Assembly: GCA_020348445.1 (NCBI GenBank)
Contig: CP070751.1
Location: 190,006-254,005, forward strand
Length of the DNA stretch: 64,000 nt
Source of the DNA: Thermoplasmata archaeon
GTDB lineage: Archaea; Thermoplasmatota; Thermoplasmata; GCA-020350865
Reading direction: 5' to 3'
This document shows positions 18,084 through 28,481 of the stretch, piece after piece. Below the pieces are notes generated by a model that was not told the origin of the DNA, did not search any database, and worked only from the letters and a program-made list of their open reading frames with translations. The position numbers were made by a program, and so were the translations under genes. Each line of letters opens with the position of its first letter. The stretch's first letter is position 1.

Positions 18084-20042
18084 TTACTTTTGAAGCTCAT
18101 TTACGATTTTCTCATAGAAATCAAGGGATTCCGGGTTTGCGAGGGCGTCCCTGTTGGTAACTGCCTTACCATTTATTATGTTCGTGATGGCACTTTCGAC
18201 CTTCTTTCCACTGAACGTATAGGGTATATCGGGTGCCTGAAGGATCAGGGCAGGAACATGCCTGGGAGAGGCATTTTTTCTCAAAGTAACCTTGATCTTC
18301 TTTTTCAAATCCTCATCTAATTCCTGGCCCTCAACGAGTTTGACAAAGAGAATAATACGCTGGTCCTCCTGCCATCTCTGCCCAATTGCCAGGCTGTCCG
18401 CAACCTCAGAGAGCTCCTCCACCTGATTGTATATCTCCGAGGTACCGATCCGAACACCAGAGGGCATGAGAAGTGAATCTGAGCGCCCAAAGAAAACAAC
18501 ACCCCTTGTCTTGCTGCTGAACGTAACATAATCACCATGGCGCCAAATCCCGGGATAGACTCCAAAATAGGCATTATGGTACTTTTTGCCATCTGGATCG
18601 TTCCAGAAATAAAGTGGCATTGGGGGTGCGGGGGCTTCACAGACCAGCTCTCCCTGCCTGTCAACCACTGGATTTCCATTTTCGTTATAAGAGTTTATCT
18701 TCATTCCCAGGCCCGGGCCCTGCAATTCCCCAGAATATACGGGCTGAATTGGACTTCCCGTGCAGAAACAGCCATTGATATCTGTTCCACCTGAACTGGA
18801 ATTGAAATGTAAATCCTCCTTGATTTCGCGGTAGATGTACTCAAATCCTTCGGGAAGAAGAACAGAACCTGTCTGCCAAATCTCTTTTAAAGGGGACAGA
18901 TCAAAATCGTTTTTCGGACTAATCTTCTGAGCCCGAAGATAATTGATATATGTTGCACTGCAACCGAACATTGTCACCTTCTCATCCTGAATCAGTTTCC
19001 ATGCAGTCTTGGGGTCCGGGTAATTTGGATTCCCGTCAAATAAGAGTATGGTATTTCCCGTAGCCAAAGAAGTCATCACCCAGTTCCACATCATCCAGCT
19101 TGCTGTTGTAATGAACCAATGTACGTCGTCCTTTTTCAAATCAGTATGAAGTACCAACTCCTTTAATTGGTTAACTAGAAGACCTGCTGCCCCTTGGACC
19201 ATGCACTTGGGCTTACCTGTGGTTCCAGAGGAGAACATGATATATACTGGGTGATCAGAGGGCAATTGCTCGAACTTGATATCGCCTCCGCCTTCAGAGG
19301 ATAGAAAATCCCCGTAATGAACAGCCTTGGGAATATTCCTAATATCAGGTTTTTCCTCTGTATATGGGACAACGACCAGTTTCTCAATGGAAGGAATCCC
19401 CTCAACGACCTTGACTGCATTAGAGAGGGTATTGAAAGTCCTGCCTTTGTAGTAATAACCGTCAGCAGTGAACATCACCTTTGGCTCAATTTGACCAAAT
19501 CTATCCAAGGCCGCGTTTGGCCCTATATCAGTTGCAGATGATGCCCATGTGGCACCCACAGCAGTTGCAGCCAGCATTGCAGCTGCGGTTTCGATCATAT
19601 TGGGCATGTATCCCACTACTCTATCTCCTGGTTGAATCCCCATATCCCTAAGGGATCTTGACAGCCGGTTCACGGTGTTGTATAGCTCGGAATAACTCAT
19701 TCTGGCCTCCTTTTGGGTTTCCCCTTTGAATATAAAGGCAGTATGATCGTCTTTGAACCGAAGAAGATTCTCTGCAAAATTCAATCTCGCACCAACGAAC
19801 CAGTTTGTTCCAGGGAACTTACTCAGGTCCTCAACAACTGTTTCATAGGGTTGGGAGGCTTTGATTTCGGCAAAGTCCCACATAGCAGCCCAGAAATCAG
19901 GTATATTTTTTATAGACCAGTCGTAAAGTTCAAAATACGATTCAAAGTTCTCTCCATATTTTTTGTTTACGAATTCTATGAACTTGGTCATGTTTGCATT
20001 TTTTACATGCTCTTCTGAAGGTTCCCACAATAATTTGCTCAT
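18084..20042 (-). CDS. Acetoacetate--CoA ligase
   Basis: MSKLLWEPSEE start after GGAGG. AMP-binding motif YIMFSSGTTGKPKCMVQG, SSSGGTDI, WRHGD, GRSD, GVRIGT. Confidence 0.9.
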   Translation of the reverse strand: MSKLLWEPSEEHVKNANMTKFIEFVNKKYGENFESYFELYDWSIKNIPDFWAAMWDFAEIKASQPYETVVEDLSKFPGTNWFVGARLNFAENLLRFKDDHTAFIFKGETQKEARMSYSELYNTVNRLSRSLRDMGIQPGDRVVGYMPNMIETAAAMLAATAVGATWASSATDIGPNAALDRFGQIEPKVMFTADGYYYKGRTFNTLSNAVKVVEGIPSIEKLVVVPYTEEKPDIRNIPKAVHYGDFLSSEGGGDIKFEQLPSDHPVYIMFSSGTTGKPKCMVQGAAGLLVNQLKELVLHTDLKKDDVHWFITTASWMMWNWVMTSLATGNTILLFDGNPNYPDPKTAWKLIQDEKVTMFGCSATYINYLRAQKISPKNDFDLSPLKEIWQTGSVLLPEGFEYIYREIKEDLHFNSSSGGTDINGCFCTGSPIQPVYSGELQGPGLGMKINSYNENGNPVVDRQGELVCEAPAPPMPLYFWNDPDGKKYHNAYFGVYPGIWRHGDYVTFSSKTRGVVFFGRSDSLLMPSGVRIGTSEIYNQVEELSEVADSLAIGQRWQEDQRIILFVKLVEGQELDEDLKKKIKVTLRKNASPRHVPALILQAPDIPYTFSGKKVESAITNIINGKAVTNRDALANPESLDFYEKIVNELQK

Positions 20043-20319
20043 TATTTCTGCCTCCTTGATATCTTCCTTGGAAATATATCCCCCTTTGTTACTCCCCCAT
20101 TGATAGGATAAAAACAGCATGGATAAGACGTTATAAAATAGTTTCGCGCAAATTCTCCTCGATATTGTTCCTCATAAGACCACCAGTAAACTATAGATAC
20201 GCCTTCTTGTATTCAACAGTAGTGAATCCATGGCCATCATAGAGGCAAAAGAGATTCCCAAGAGTTTCATGGATGTGCAGGTCGAATTTTTTATTTAACA
20301 GGCATATACGAGGAAGAAC

Positions 20320-20898
20320 ATGGAAAAAGGCGAGCTATTTCGAAGGGTCTTCCATATGACTGCTGCAGGGTATCTGGTCTATTATTTACTTCCAGACGAG
20401 CTTATCCCAGGATTCTATAAATGGCATGGTGTTCTCATCATTATGATCTCAGCCTTGATCGTCGAGGGTGTTAGGCTGAAGTATGGCAAGCTTTTTTTTG
20501 GTCTGAGGGAATACGAAAAAAAGCGGATTTCAGCCTTTGCATGGTTCTCAATAGGTATGTGCATAGCACTTTTGTTCTTTGAAATGATTTTTGTCGTTCC
20601 TGTAGTCATTGGTATGGCTGTAATAGATCCCCTGATAGGGGAAGTCAGGCAAAGGAAGGAGAAGTTATACCCAGTTGTTCCTTCTGTGATATATGCCCTG
20701 ATCATGTTTCTTTGTCTTTTGCTCCTCTCAGAGATGTCGGAGATATGGCTGATCCTTTTCTCGATTTTAGGCACGATATCGGCAATTACAGCGGAAAGGT
20801 GGGACTTGAAACACATAGATGATGATTTTCTAATGATCGTTATTCCACTTCTTGTCTTGAGCATGTTCCATTATCTCATTTTTAATGTTCTGACATAG
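20320..20898 (+). CDS. Dolichol/phytol kinase-like membrane protein (CTP-transferase family)
   Basis: RRVFH N-terminus, DPLIGE, AERWDLKHIDDDFLM, multiple TM helices. Confidence 0.7.
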   Translation: MEKGELFRRVFHMTAAGYLVYYLLPDELIPGFYKWHGVLIIMISALIVEGVRLKYGKLFFGLREYEKKRISAFAWFSIGMCIALLFFEMIFVVPVVIGMAVIDPLIGEVRQRKEKLYPVVPSVIYALIMFLCLLLLSEMSEIWLILFSILGTISAITAERWDLKHIDDDFLMIVIPLLVLSMFHYLIFNVLT

Positions 20899-21038
20899 CA
20901 TGAGTTATATGTTCAATATGTATTAATCGAAAAATTCCATCCAGCCAAATACAAAATGTATTTAAAGACTAATAATTATATACTCCAATACTAGACGAAA
21001 TTCGCAACGGAGGTTAATTTACGCGCAGCTATTGGGCA

Positions 21039-23807
21039 TTGAGAATAATCGGCTTACTCTTGATTTTGGGAATTATTCTCTCCTTTACAGGGATAGGAGA
21101 AGGGCCTTATCATGTATCTGATTCAGTAACTCCCTTTGAGGATATGAATCATATTGAACCCGTTCCAGAGGGATATATACATAGACCTATAATCGAATTT
21201 TTCACAGGCCTTTCTTGTTCTTACTGCATGGAAGGTCCACATCAAGATCTTGACAAGTTATGGGAGGAAAATGTCGACAAACCAGAGGAGCCCTTTACTT
21301 TCGTAGTGTTCCATCAGTTAAATGGTGGTCAAGTAGATGATCTTGCCACGGATGAGAGTAGGGAAAGGATGCGGCACTATCAGCCTCAAATATCTAGTAC
21401 ACCAGATGCCGAATTCGATGGGGGTTACATAAGACTGGGTGGACTTGACGCAAGCGATCCTGTGACACACGATAACGCCCACACAGCAGTCGAGGACTGC
21501 AAGACAAGATACGAACGCCAGTTTGACCCCTGGAATCCAAGACAGATGTTACGAAACGAGTTCAAGTTCGTAGATCTATATGTGAAACAGGTGTTCACAG
21601 GAGAAGGCTATGCAGTATCAGTTCAGGTCCATTACCGTGGGATGGATACTATACTATTTTCAGATCCTCTCCAAGGCAGTTTGTATGTATTCATGATTGA
21701 GGATAATGTTACCGCTTACAGCACTGTTTTAGATGAGAATATCTCAAATCACAATGTGTTTCGAGGATATGCCATAGAAGACGAGCAATTCACGCTCTCT
21801 GAGGATGAGTGGTACGAAACCATAGTGGAATGGGAAATACCCACGGATGCAAAGGTCCCCATAAAACCCGGCGATCTTACTGCAGTTGCGGCAGTCTATG
21901 ACTTGGATGATACAGACTCGCAAAATGAGAACCAAGGCAACAATGTCAATGTTCCCAGATGCATTCAATCAGCAACACCAAAGTCAACAGCATTTGACCT
22001 GGGAAACGATCTGCCAACTCTGGATGATATCACCATTACATATGACAGCCAAGCCCATATCACTGCGCAGTTTGACGATGATGACGGTATCTCAATGGCC
22101 TATGTCCTCTATAACACAGAGGCAATGAACTCTACTAGCTGGAATTATGTGGAGATGACGATTTCTGGTGAAGAGATTTGCGATGAAACAGGGGCATGCT
22201 ATGCATATGCCAATGGTGTGGGTACAGTTTCTATTCCCATGAAAGAGGGGGAGATGCTCTACTATATGCTTCTTATCTATGATGGAAATGCTACAGAGGG
22301 AAAAGCCGGGATGTTTTCCTATAAAGCCCAGAGGACCTCCGTCGCTGGTACCGAAGGTAACCTGTCTATAGCGATAATACTTATGATTTTTGGGGTGCTG
22401 TTGCTGATAGTAGGATTTGTATATATTTTAATGGAAAGAAAAAGAGAAGAGATTGTTGAGGTTCAACCAGAGCCCATTGCGTCCTCACCTCAGTCAGAAG
22501 AACAAGGAGCACAGCAAGTTGCTATGCCATTAAGAAAGAGACCATCAAAGAACATGATGATTGGGACGATAATTTTAGGTATCATCCTGATATCTGCCGG
22601 AGCAGTTGCCGCTGTGCTTTTTTCTGCTACAAAAGAGGTGCCTGATATCGAAATGAAGGATGTCGAGGGCAATGAATTCTCACTTTCGGACTTTCGGGGA
22701 AAGGTAGTGTTCTTGGAGTTCATGGCCACATGGTGTTCGGACTGTCAGAAATTAACAAAGGAGATGAAGGATGTATATTCACATTACGGCGATGATATTG
22801 TTATGATATCCCTGGACATAGAACATGATGAAAATCCAGATATGCTTAAGGATTATGCCGATAAAAACGATGCAAAATGGATATTTGCATTTCCCAAAGA
22901 TATAAACAGTGTATTGGGCACGTTTAGCATCCACGAAATCCCGAAATCGCTTATAATCGATAAAGACGGGTATTTGACTTTTGAATTCGTCCTGTCTCAA
23001 GACTCAGATGAAATAATTAAGAAGATTGAAGCCACAAGACAGGGGGCGGCAGATCCCATTGCAAGTTACTCCATACCTTTAGTATTATTGGCCTTTGCCA
23101 CTGGAATTGCATCCTTCTTTTCACCTTGCTCATTTCCTATGCTTCCTGGCTATGTGGGTTACTATTTGGGACTTGAAGATGAAAAAGAACAAAAGCAGAG
23201 AAAGGAGATCCTTAAAAGAGCATTGCCTATTGGAATTGCAGCCGCTTTAGGATTGCTTTTCATTTATTTATTTATGGGTCTTCTCATTATGATCATAGGT
23301 GCCCCAATCTATCCTTTTCTTCAATATATGATACCAGTTATCGCAGTCATTGTGATTATACTTGGTTTATTAATGCTTACAAATATACAGTATTATTTCA
23401 TAACAAATAGAATAAACAGTGTAGCAAACTCCATAACTTCTAAGATCAAGGTAAGGAATAAAACACTGACCGAGAGAATTAACGAAAAAGAAGTTGGTGG
23501 GATATTCGTATACGGTATGGGTTATGGTCTTGTCGCCGCGGGATGCACACTTCCATTATTTCTTCTCATCGTCACTACATCAATTTCCACAGGTGGATTC
23601 TTATCCGGTATGCTCATATTCTTCGTGTATGGCCTTGGCGCTGCGATTCTTATGGTGGCAGTAACCTTATTGGTTGCATTATCAAAAGATTCTATTATAA
23701 ACAAAATGAAAATGTCCACAGAAAAAATCAAGGTGGCAAGCGGTCTTATTATGATAATTGCTGGGATAGCGGTTTTAATAGGATTTTATGTCGCCTTTTT
23801 GGCCTAG
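21039..23807 (+). CDS. Fusion: Omp28-like thioredoxin + TlpA/redoxin + CcdA/DsbD membrane domain
   Basis: Signal peptide, FTGLSCSYC, two TMs, FRGKVVFLEFMATWCSDC...EIP, CcdA motifs FFSPCSFPMLP and GCTLP. Confidence 0.8.
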   Translation: MRIIGLLLILGIILSFTGIGEGPYHVSDSVTPFEDMNHIEPVPEGYIHRPIIEFFTGLSCSYCMEGPHQDLDKLWEENVDKPEEPFTFVVFHQLNGGQVDDLATDESRERMRHYQPQISSTPDAEFDGGYIRLGGLDASDPVTHDNAHTAVEDCKTRYERQFDPWNPRQMLRNEFKFVDLYVKQVFTGEGYAVSVQVHYRGMDTILFSDPLQGSLYVFMIEDNVTAYSTVLDENISNHNVFRGYAIEDEQFTLSEDEWYETIVEWEIPTDAKVPIKPGDLTAVAAVYDLDDTDSQNENQGNNVNVPRCIQSATPKSTAFDLGNDLPTLDDITITYDSQAHITAQFDDDDGISMAYVLYNTEAMNSTSWNYVEMTISGEEICDETGACYAYANGVGTVSIPMKEGEMLYYMLLIYDGNATEGKAGMFSYKAQRTSVAGTEGNLSIAIILMIFGVLLLIVGFVYILMERKREEIVEVQPEPIASSPQSEEQGAQQVAMPLRKRPSKNMMIGTIILGIILISAGAVAAVLFSATKEVPDIEMKDVEGNEFSLSDFRGKVVFLEFMATWCSDCQKLTKEMKDVYSHYGDDIVMISLDIEHDENPDMLKDYADKNDAKWIFAFPKDINSVLGTFSIHEIPKSLIIDKDGYLTFEFVLSQDSDEIIKKIEATRQGAADPIASYSIPLVLLAFATGIASFFSPCSFPMLPGYVGYYLGLEDEKEQKQRKEILKRALPIGIAAALGLLFIYLFMGLLIMIIGAPIYPFLQYMIPVIAVIVIILGLLMLTNIQYYFITNRINSVANSITSKIKVRNKTLTERINEKEVGGIFVYGMGYGLVAAGCTLPLFLLIVTTSISTGGFLSGMLIFFVYGLGAAILMVAVTLLVALSKDSIINKMKMSTEKIKVASGLIMIIAGIAVLIGFYVAFLA

Positions 23808-23872
23808 ATAGAATGCGCTTATTCTAATAACCAGGAACTCCTTTCAGTTTTTTTATATTTTGGTTTACCAGA

Positions 23873-24169
23873 CTATTTCAAAACATCCAGTTTGCCGAAT
23901 TTCCCGGCCGAAATCTCCAGGTTCCCATCCCATTCCTTTACCCATCCGTTAGTGATACATACCTTATCATCCACCTTTACACGATCGATCTCATCGTTCC
24001 AAAGGGTCAGGCCGATTCTTCCTCCAAAGCCGTCTTGTGCAACAGCATTTGCCACCCTTCCTTTTACGCCTAATCTGCTAATAAAACCCCTTGCATCCTC
24101 TTTTTCGACGATGACAAGCTCTATCTTCTCCACACTAGTTTTCGGTTTCAATTCGCTTATTCTCATCAT
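23873..24169 (-). CDS. Single OB-fold ssDNA-binding protein
   Basis: MRISELKP...GRIGLTLWNDE...ITNGWVKEWDGNLEISAGKFG. Start chosen after a GAGGGAG RBS. Confidence 0.85.
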   Translation of the reverse strand: MMRISELKPKTSVEKIELVIVEKEDARGFISRLGVKGRVANAVAQDGFGGRIGLTLWNDEIDRVKVDDKVCITNGWVKEWDGNLEISAGKFGKLDVLK

Positions 24170-24218
24170 CTCCCTCGCACAAGGGGTATGAGGTTGTGAA
24201 GATTTAAAAGTTAGTACG

Positions 24219-25463
24219 TCATTGCGTGCAAAACAGGGTTGCATACACCTTTGCATCACCCACGATGTTGTCGATCCACGCGTATTCGTTGGGGCTGTGG
24301 GCTACCTCGTCAAGCTTTGCCCAAACAACGGCAGGATAGCCTGCCCTTCTGAAAATAGCGGCACATGTGCCTCCTCCTATGCCTCCTGCAAATGGTTTGA
24401 TATCATATACCTGCTCTATTGCCTCTTTTAGCATTAAAACCGCAGGGCTGTCAGGAGATGTGGGTGGGGCTGCAGGGTCGTATTGCGGTCTTTCGAAGTC
24501 AAATGTTACACCTGTTTTTGCAGATACCAAATCCGCTATCTCCTTTATGGTATCATACACATTTTCAGGGTCATAATCAGGCAGTATCCTGCAGTCCATA
24601 TAAAAAATATCCTCTCCCGGAATAGTGTTGATGTTCGGTACATTTGCCTTCTTTTTTGTGGGTTCGAATGTGGAAATTGGTGGGGAAAACAGCTCGTCCC
24701 TTTTATTGTATTTCTTATGTAATTCTTCCTCAACCCTAACTCCAAACTTCATTGCGGCTTTGAAGGCATTGATCCCGCGCTCTGGTCTACTTCCGTGACA
24801 TTGTTTTCCTGTGGTTGTGATTTTTATCCACATAATGGATTTTTCAGATACTTCTATCAGAGTTCCGTCTTTGTTTCCTCCATCTGGTACAATGATTATG
24901 TCATCCTCCTCAAACAAGCCCTTTTTAATCAAAGCTTTTATTCCAAATTCGCTTCCCAGCTCTTCATCTGCCACAATTGCGATATTGATGTTGTGTTGAG
25001 GAATTACCCCTTCCTCTTTCAGAGCTTTCACAGCATACAGGGCGGCAATCATCTCCTGGCCGTTGTCCTCGACACCCCGACCATATATCTTTCCATCTTT
25101 GACAACAGGCTCGAAGGGATCCGAATCCCATAGCTTTAAATCACCCTCTGGAACGACATCCATGTGAGTAACTATCCAGATATTGGGTTTTGGCCCTCCT
25201 TCTCCCTTGATCCTAGCTATTATATTTGGTCTGACTTTATCTGGTGAAGATTCGTCAGGTACATCGATTCTTTCTATTTCATGGAAGCCGAATTCCGAGA
25301 TCAGGTCAAGTATGGATTGTGCCTTCTTCACCTCCCCTTCACCACCAGACCTTGGGTTGATGGCCGGGATTCTGATTAAGTTTCCCAAGGTTTCTATCAT
25401 CTCATCTCGCATACCATCTAATCTAGAATTCACCGCAATTATCGTGTCATTTGGCATTGTCAA
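24219..25463 (-). CDS. M20 family metallohydrolase (ArgE/DapE-like)
   Basis: THMDVVP, YGRGVEDNG, ADEELGS, GKQCHGS, AHSPNE. Confidence 0.9.
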   Translation of the reverse strand: MTMPNDTIIAVNSRLDGMRDEMIETLGNLIRIPAINPRSGGEGEVKKAQSILDLISEFGFHEIERIDVPDESSPDKVRPNIIARIKGEGGPKPNIWIVTHMDVVPEGDLKLWDSDPFEPVVKDGKIYGRGVEDNGQEMIAALYAVKALKEEGVIPQHNINIAIVADEELGSEFGIKALIKKGLFEEDDIIIVPDGGNKDGTLIEVSEKSIMWIKITTTGKQCHGSRPERGINAFKAAMKFGVRVEEELHKKYNKRDELFSPPISTFEPTKKKANVPNINTIPGEDIFYMDCRILPDYDPENVYDTIKEIADLVSAKTGVTFDFERPQYDPAAPPTSPDSPAVLMLKEAIEQVYDIKPFAGGIGGGTCAAIFRRAGYPAVVWAKLDEVAHSPNEYAWIDNIVGDAKVYATLFCTQ

Positions 25464-25676
25464 CCACCTGTGAATTTTTTATAACCTTAAAACAAAAGCA
25501 GATACAATTTTTGGCATTAATAGATTGCTATTTTTTTCATTTTACGCTTAATGATACATTATCAGGGCAGATAATGATGTCCCAAATTATATTAAAACAA
25601 AGGAGGTTGCTTAAGAAGAAAATGTTGCAAAAGGACCTAACTTTGCAACTGATAAAAAATAAACGGAGGTGAAATA

Positions 25677-25961
25677 TTGACCGGATGGATAACATATATG
25701 GAAGTGTCCATGTACTCCGAGGGTGCAACACCAACAGAACTCACAACCAGACTTAGAGAACACGGATGGAAACCATGCTATGGAAGATATGATTACGGCT
25801 ACAAGTGGACCGAGAACTGGGGAAACAAAGAGCACAATATCAATGAGTTCTTAGATTTCATAAACAAATGGCATGAAATTCTAAAAGGATACAACGTGCA
25901 CTATTCACTGCATACCTACGAAGAGGGGAAGGAAGACTTCTGGGTAAAGTGGAGTGAATAA
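25677..25961 (+). CDS. Hypothetical protein
   Basis: Clean 94-aa ORF in an otherwise empty interval, with protein-like composition (MYSEGATP...GRYDYGYKW). Confidence 0.7.
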   Translation: MTGWITYMEVSMYSEGATPTELTTRLREHGWKPCYGRYDYGYKWTENWGNKEHNINEFLDFINKWHEILKGYNVHYSLHTYEEGKEDFWVKWSE

Positions 25962-26061
25962 ACCAGCTCCACTACCATTTTATTTTTCTGTTTATCCAGT
26001 TTATCTTATGATCCCATTAGTCATACTCGTCATACTGTTCATACTCTTTATTATTTTACTC

Positions 26062-26244
26062 TTATAATGAGACCGATAAACCGATATCAAATATCCAATG
26101 ACAGCTTGGGCAGATCAATTTCCAGGATAGCTTTTCACTCTCATCAATTCTCTCGAACATGCTGTGAAAACCATCCTCGTAACCGCAGTGCGGACAAATC
26201 CTGAATTCAGTTTCCATTTTTATTTTATTTACCTCAGTTATCAT
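26062..26244 (-). CDS. Small zinc-ribbon protein (60 aa)
   Basis: GGAGGT RBS before the ATG at 26244. CPHC...CPSC. Confidence 0.75.
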   Translation of the reverse strand: MITEVNKIKMETEFRICPHCGYEDGFHSMFERIDESEKLSWKLICPSCHWIFDIGLSVSL

Positions 26245-26305
26245 TTGTTTACCTCCCCGTAATATATACAATATAAAATAAAAAAAGATAAAAAGAGGGT
26301 TTGTT

Positions 26306-26779
26306 CTATTCGAAATAGAGGATGTCCTTCAACGTTCCCTCTCTCTTTTTCTTTGGTCTGAGCACGGCCTTGACCTTTTGGCCGAATAGATCCTTGTCCG
26401 GGTTCTTGGTCTTGATTATCCCGAGCATTGCACTGTCTGTTTTGTCTATATCGATCAGGGCAATGACCTTTGGCTCCTTTAATTTCTTGCCATGGGCATT
26501 GATAGTGGCAACTGTCCAAACCCGTACTGTCCCCCTTGCAGGAACCTCTATCCATGCCTTATCAGGTATGTCGCAGAAGCAGTCCTCGCAGAACATTCTC
26601 GGCGGCATAAACACCTTCTTGCACTGGGGACATCGGCTGGCAAGGAACGTATCTTTCTTCTTTAGATGCGCAAAAAATCTGTTGCCTGCAACGCCGTTTG
26701 TATAGAGATAATCGGCCTGCATGTCTCCGCGCCAGTGCATAAATGATGTTGGATCAGATTGTTTTTCCAAGAATGTCAT
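26306..26779 (-). CDS. DUF35 family Zn-ribbon/OB-fold protein
   Basis: CPQC...PPRMFCEDC, then OB-fold. Confidence 0.9.
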   Translation of the reverse strand: MTFLEKQSDPTSFMHWRGDMQADYLYTNGVAGNRFFAHLKKKDTFLASRCPQCKKVFMPPRMFCEDCFCDIPDKAWIEVPARGTVRVWTVATINAHGKKLKEPKVIALIDIDKTDSAMLGIIKTKNPDKDLFGQKVKAVLRPKKKREGTLKDILYFE

Positions 26780-27312
26780 TTTTTTCTACCTCCTTTTTTT
26801 ACGGGTTCAAAATATATGATGTCTCTAATTGATCCCTCTCTCTCCTCTTTTGGCTTCCACACTGCCTTGACCTTCATACCGATATGCAGCTCCTCTGGCT
26901 TCATTCCCCCGAAGTAGTGCATGAATCCGTGCTTTGGCGAGGCCCCATCTATGGATACCACACCCACCAATATGGGTTCCTTGATCCTTCTTGCGTCTGC
27001 GTCAAGGTAAGAGATAGAATAGGTTTCCACAGAGCCTGTGTCTTTAAGGTAAACCCATTCATCTGTAGGACCATAGCAGTGTTCGCAGAACATCCTTGGG
27101 GGGACGATTACCCTTCTGCATTTTCTGCATTTTCTCCCTACGATTTTACCGTTTTTAAGTTCCTCTAAGAACCTGCTCATTGCAGGGCCCACACTCCAGC
27201 TGTACTGCACCTCTGGCTCCCACCAGGTATAAGCGATCTTTTTGTTCACGATGTCCTTTGTGCTCACATGGGTTCCTGGCGCGGATTTCGGCATAGCTTG
27301 TTTCTTTGCCAT
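26776..27312 (-). CDS. DUF35 family Zn-ribbon/OB-fold protein
   Basis: CRKC...PPRMFCEHC, GSVETYSI, IGMKVKAVW. Confidence 0.9.
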   Translation of the reverse strand: MAKKQAMPKSAPGTHVSTKDIVNKKIAYTWWEPEVQYSWSVGPAMSRFLEELKNGKIVGRKCRKCRRVIVPPRMFCEHCYGPTDEWVYLKDTGSVETYSISYLDADARRIKEPILVGVVSIDGASPKHGFMHYFGGMKPEELHIGMKVKAVWKPKEEREGSIRDIIYFEPVKKGGRKK

Positions 27313-27316
27313 TTTA

Positions 27317-28477
27317 TCACTTCCTCAGAACAATGACAGTGCCCATCTGCATGATATCTCCCCAGGCCTGTCCTACACCCACTCTCGGGTCTCCTGGCAC
27401 CTGTCTTTTCCCAGCTTTTCCTGTAAGCTGCCAATACAGTTCGCACACCTTCTGGCCCATGGTGGCTGCAATTGGATTTCCCACGCCTAAAAGACCACCT
27501 GAAGGACAAACTGGCAGATCGCCGTCTCTCTGGGTCACCCCTTCTCTTGTGAGGATCGGGGCCTGACCTTTATCACAGAGCAAAAGGCCCTCCATATGAT
27601 GAAGCTCCTTGTAGTCAAAGGGATCGTAGGGCTCTGCTATGTCTATCTCCTTGAAGGGATTTGATATGCCTGCCATCTTGTACGCCATCTTTGCAGCATT
27701 TGCGACGTACTGGGGGAAGTACAAATCGCGGTTAGTCCACATTGTACTGTCAATTGTCCACCCTGTTCCAGCCACCCATACTGGCTCGTCGGTGAATTGC
27801 CTGGCCTTGTCCTTTGAGCAGTATATCAACGCAGAGGCCCCATCACTTGGAGGACTGATATCCAGTCTCTGAACTGGCCAGGCCATCATCTCGGAGTTCA
27901 GAACATCTTCAACTGTAATATTGGGGTCTGCAAGCTGGGCACAAGGGTGCCCCACCGCGTTTCTCTTGTTTTTCACAGCAACAAGAGCAATATCCTCTTT
28001 TTTGATGTCATGGGCTGTCATGTACCTGTTCATCTCCATTGCAAAAAGCCAAACGAGATTGGGATTGAGTGGTCTGTCAAGAATTGGATCCCAGATATGC
28101 CGAAATGCCGTCTGGGGATGAGGGTAGCAAGAACCCATTTTCTCCTCGCAAACCACAAGGGCTACATCTGCCACACCGGATGCAACATGCCACCATCCTG
28201 CAATTGGGGCAAAGACTCCTGTGCCGCCGCCATTGAAAACCCTGACATAAGGTTTGCCTGCTGCTGCACATCCGTCTACGAGATTGTCTCCCTTGATGTG
28301 AATGCCATCGAAAGCATCGGGGGCACTTCCCAAGACAACCATATCGATGTCCTGCTTTTCTATGCCTGCTTCCTCCATTGCCATTTTCGTGGCCAGATAG
28401 GAGAGCTCCTTTCCAGTTTCCAAAAGGCGCCTGCGAAATAATGTCATTCCACCGCCTATTACGGCAACTTCCCTCAT
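27317..28477 (-). CDS. Thiolase-fold protein lacking the N-terminal catalytic Cys
   Basis: MREVAVIGGG start after GGAGGTGAT, VKNKRNA, SPPSDGA, YDPF, CPSGGLLG. NGGGTG sits at the Cys position. Confidence 0.85.
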   Translation of the reverse strand: MREVAVIGGGMTLFRRRLLETGKELSYLATKMAMEEAGIEKQDIDMVVLGSAPDAFDGIHIKGDNLVDGCAAAGKPYVRVFNGGGTGVFAPIAGWWHVASGVADVALVVCEEKMGSCYPHPQTAFRHIWDPILDRPLNPNLVWLFAMEMNRYMTAHDIKKEDIALVAVKNKRNAVGHPCAQLADPNITVEDVLNSEMMAWPVQRLDISPPSDGASALIYCSKDKARQFTDEPVWVAGTGWTIDSTMWTNRDLYFPQYVANAAKMAYKMAGISNPFKEIDIAEPYDPFDYKELHHMEGLLLCDKGQAPILTREGVTQRDGDLPVCPSGGLLGVGNPIAATMGQKVCELYWQLTGKAGKRQVPGDPRVGVGQAWGDIMQMGTVIVLRK

Positions 28478-28481
28478 GCTA

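Noticed and set aside
26020-26046. 9-bp CATACT-containing repeat x3
   Set aside because: Too short and degenerate; plausibly simple slippage between convergent genes.
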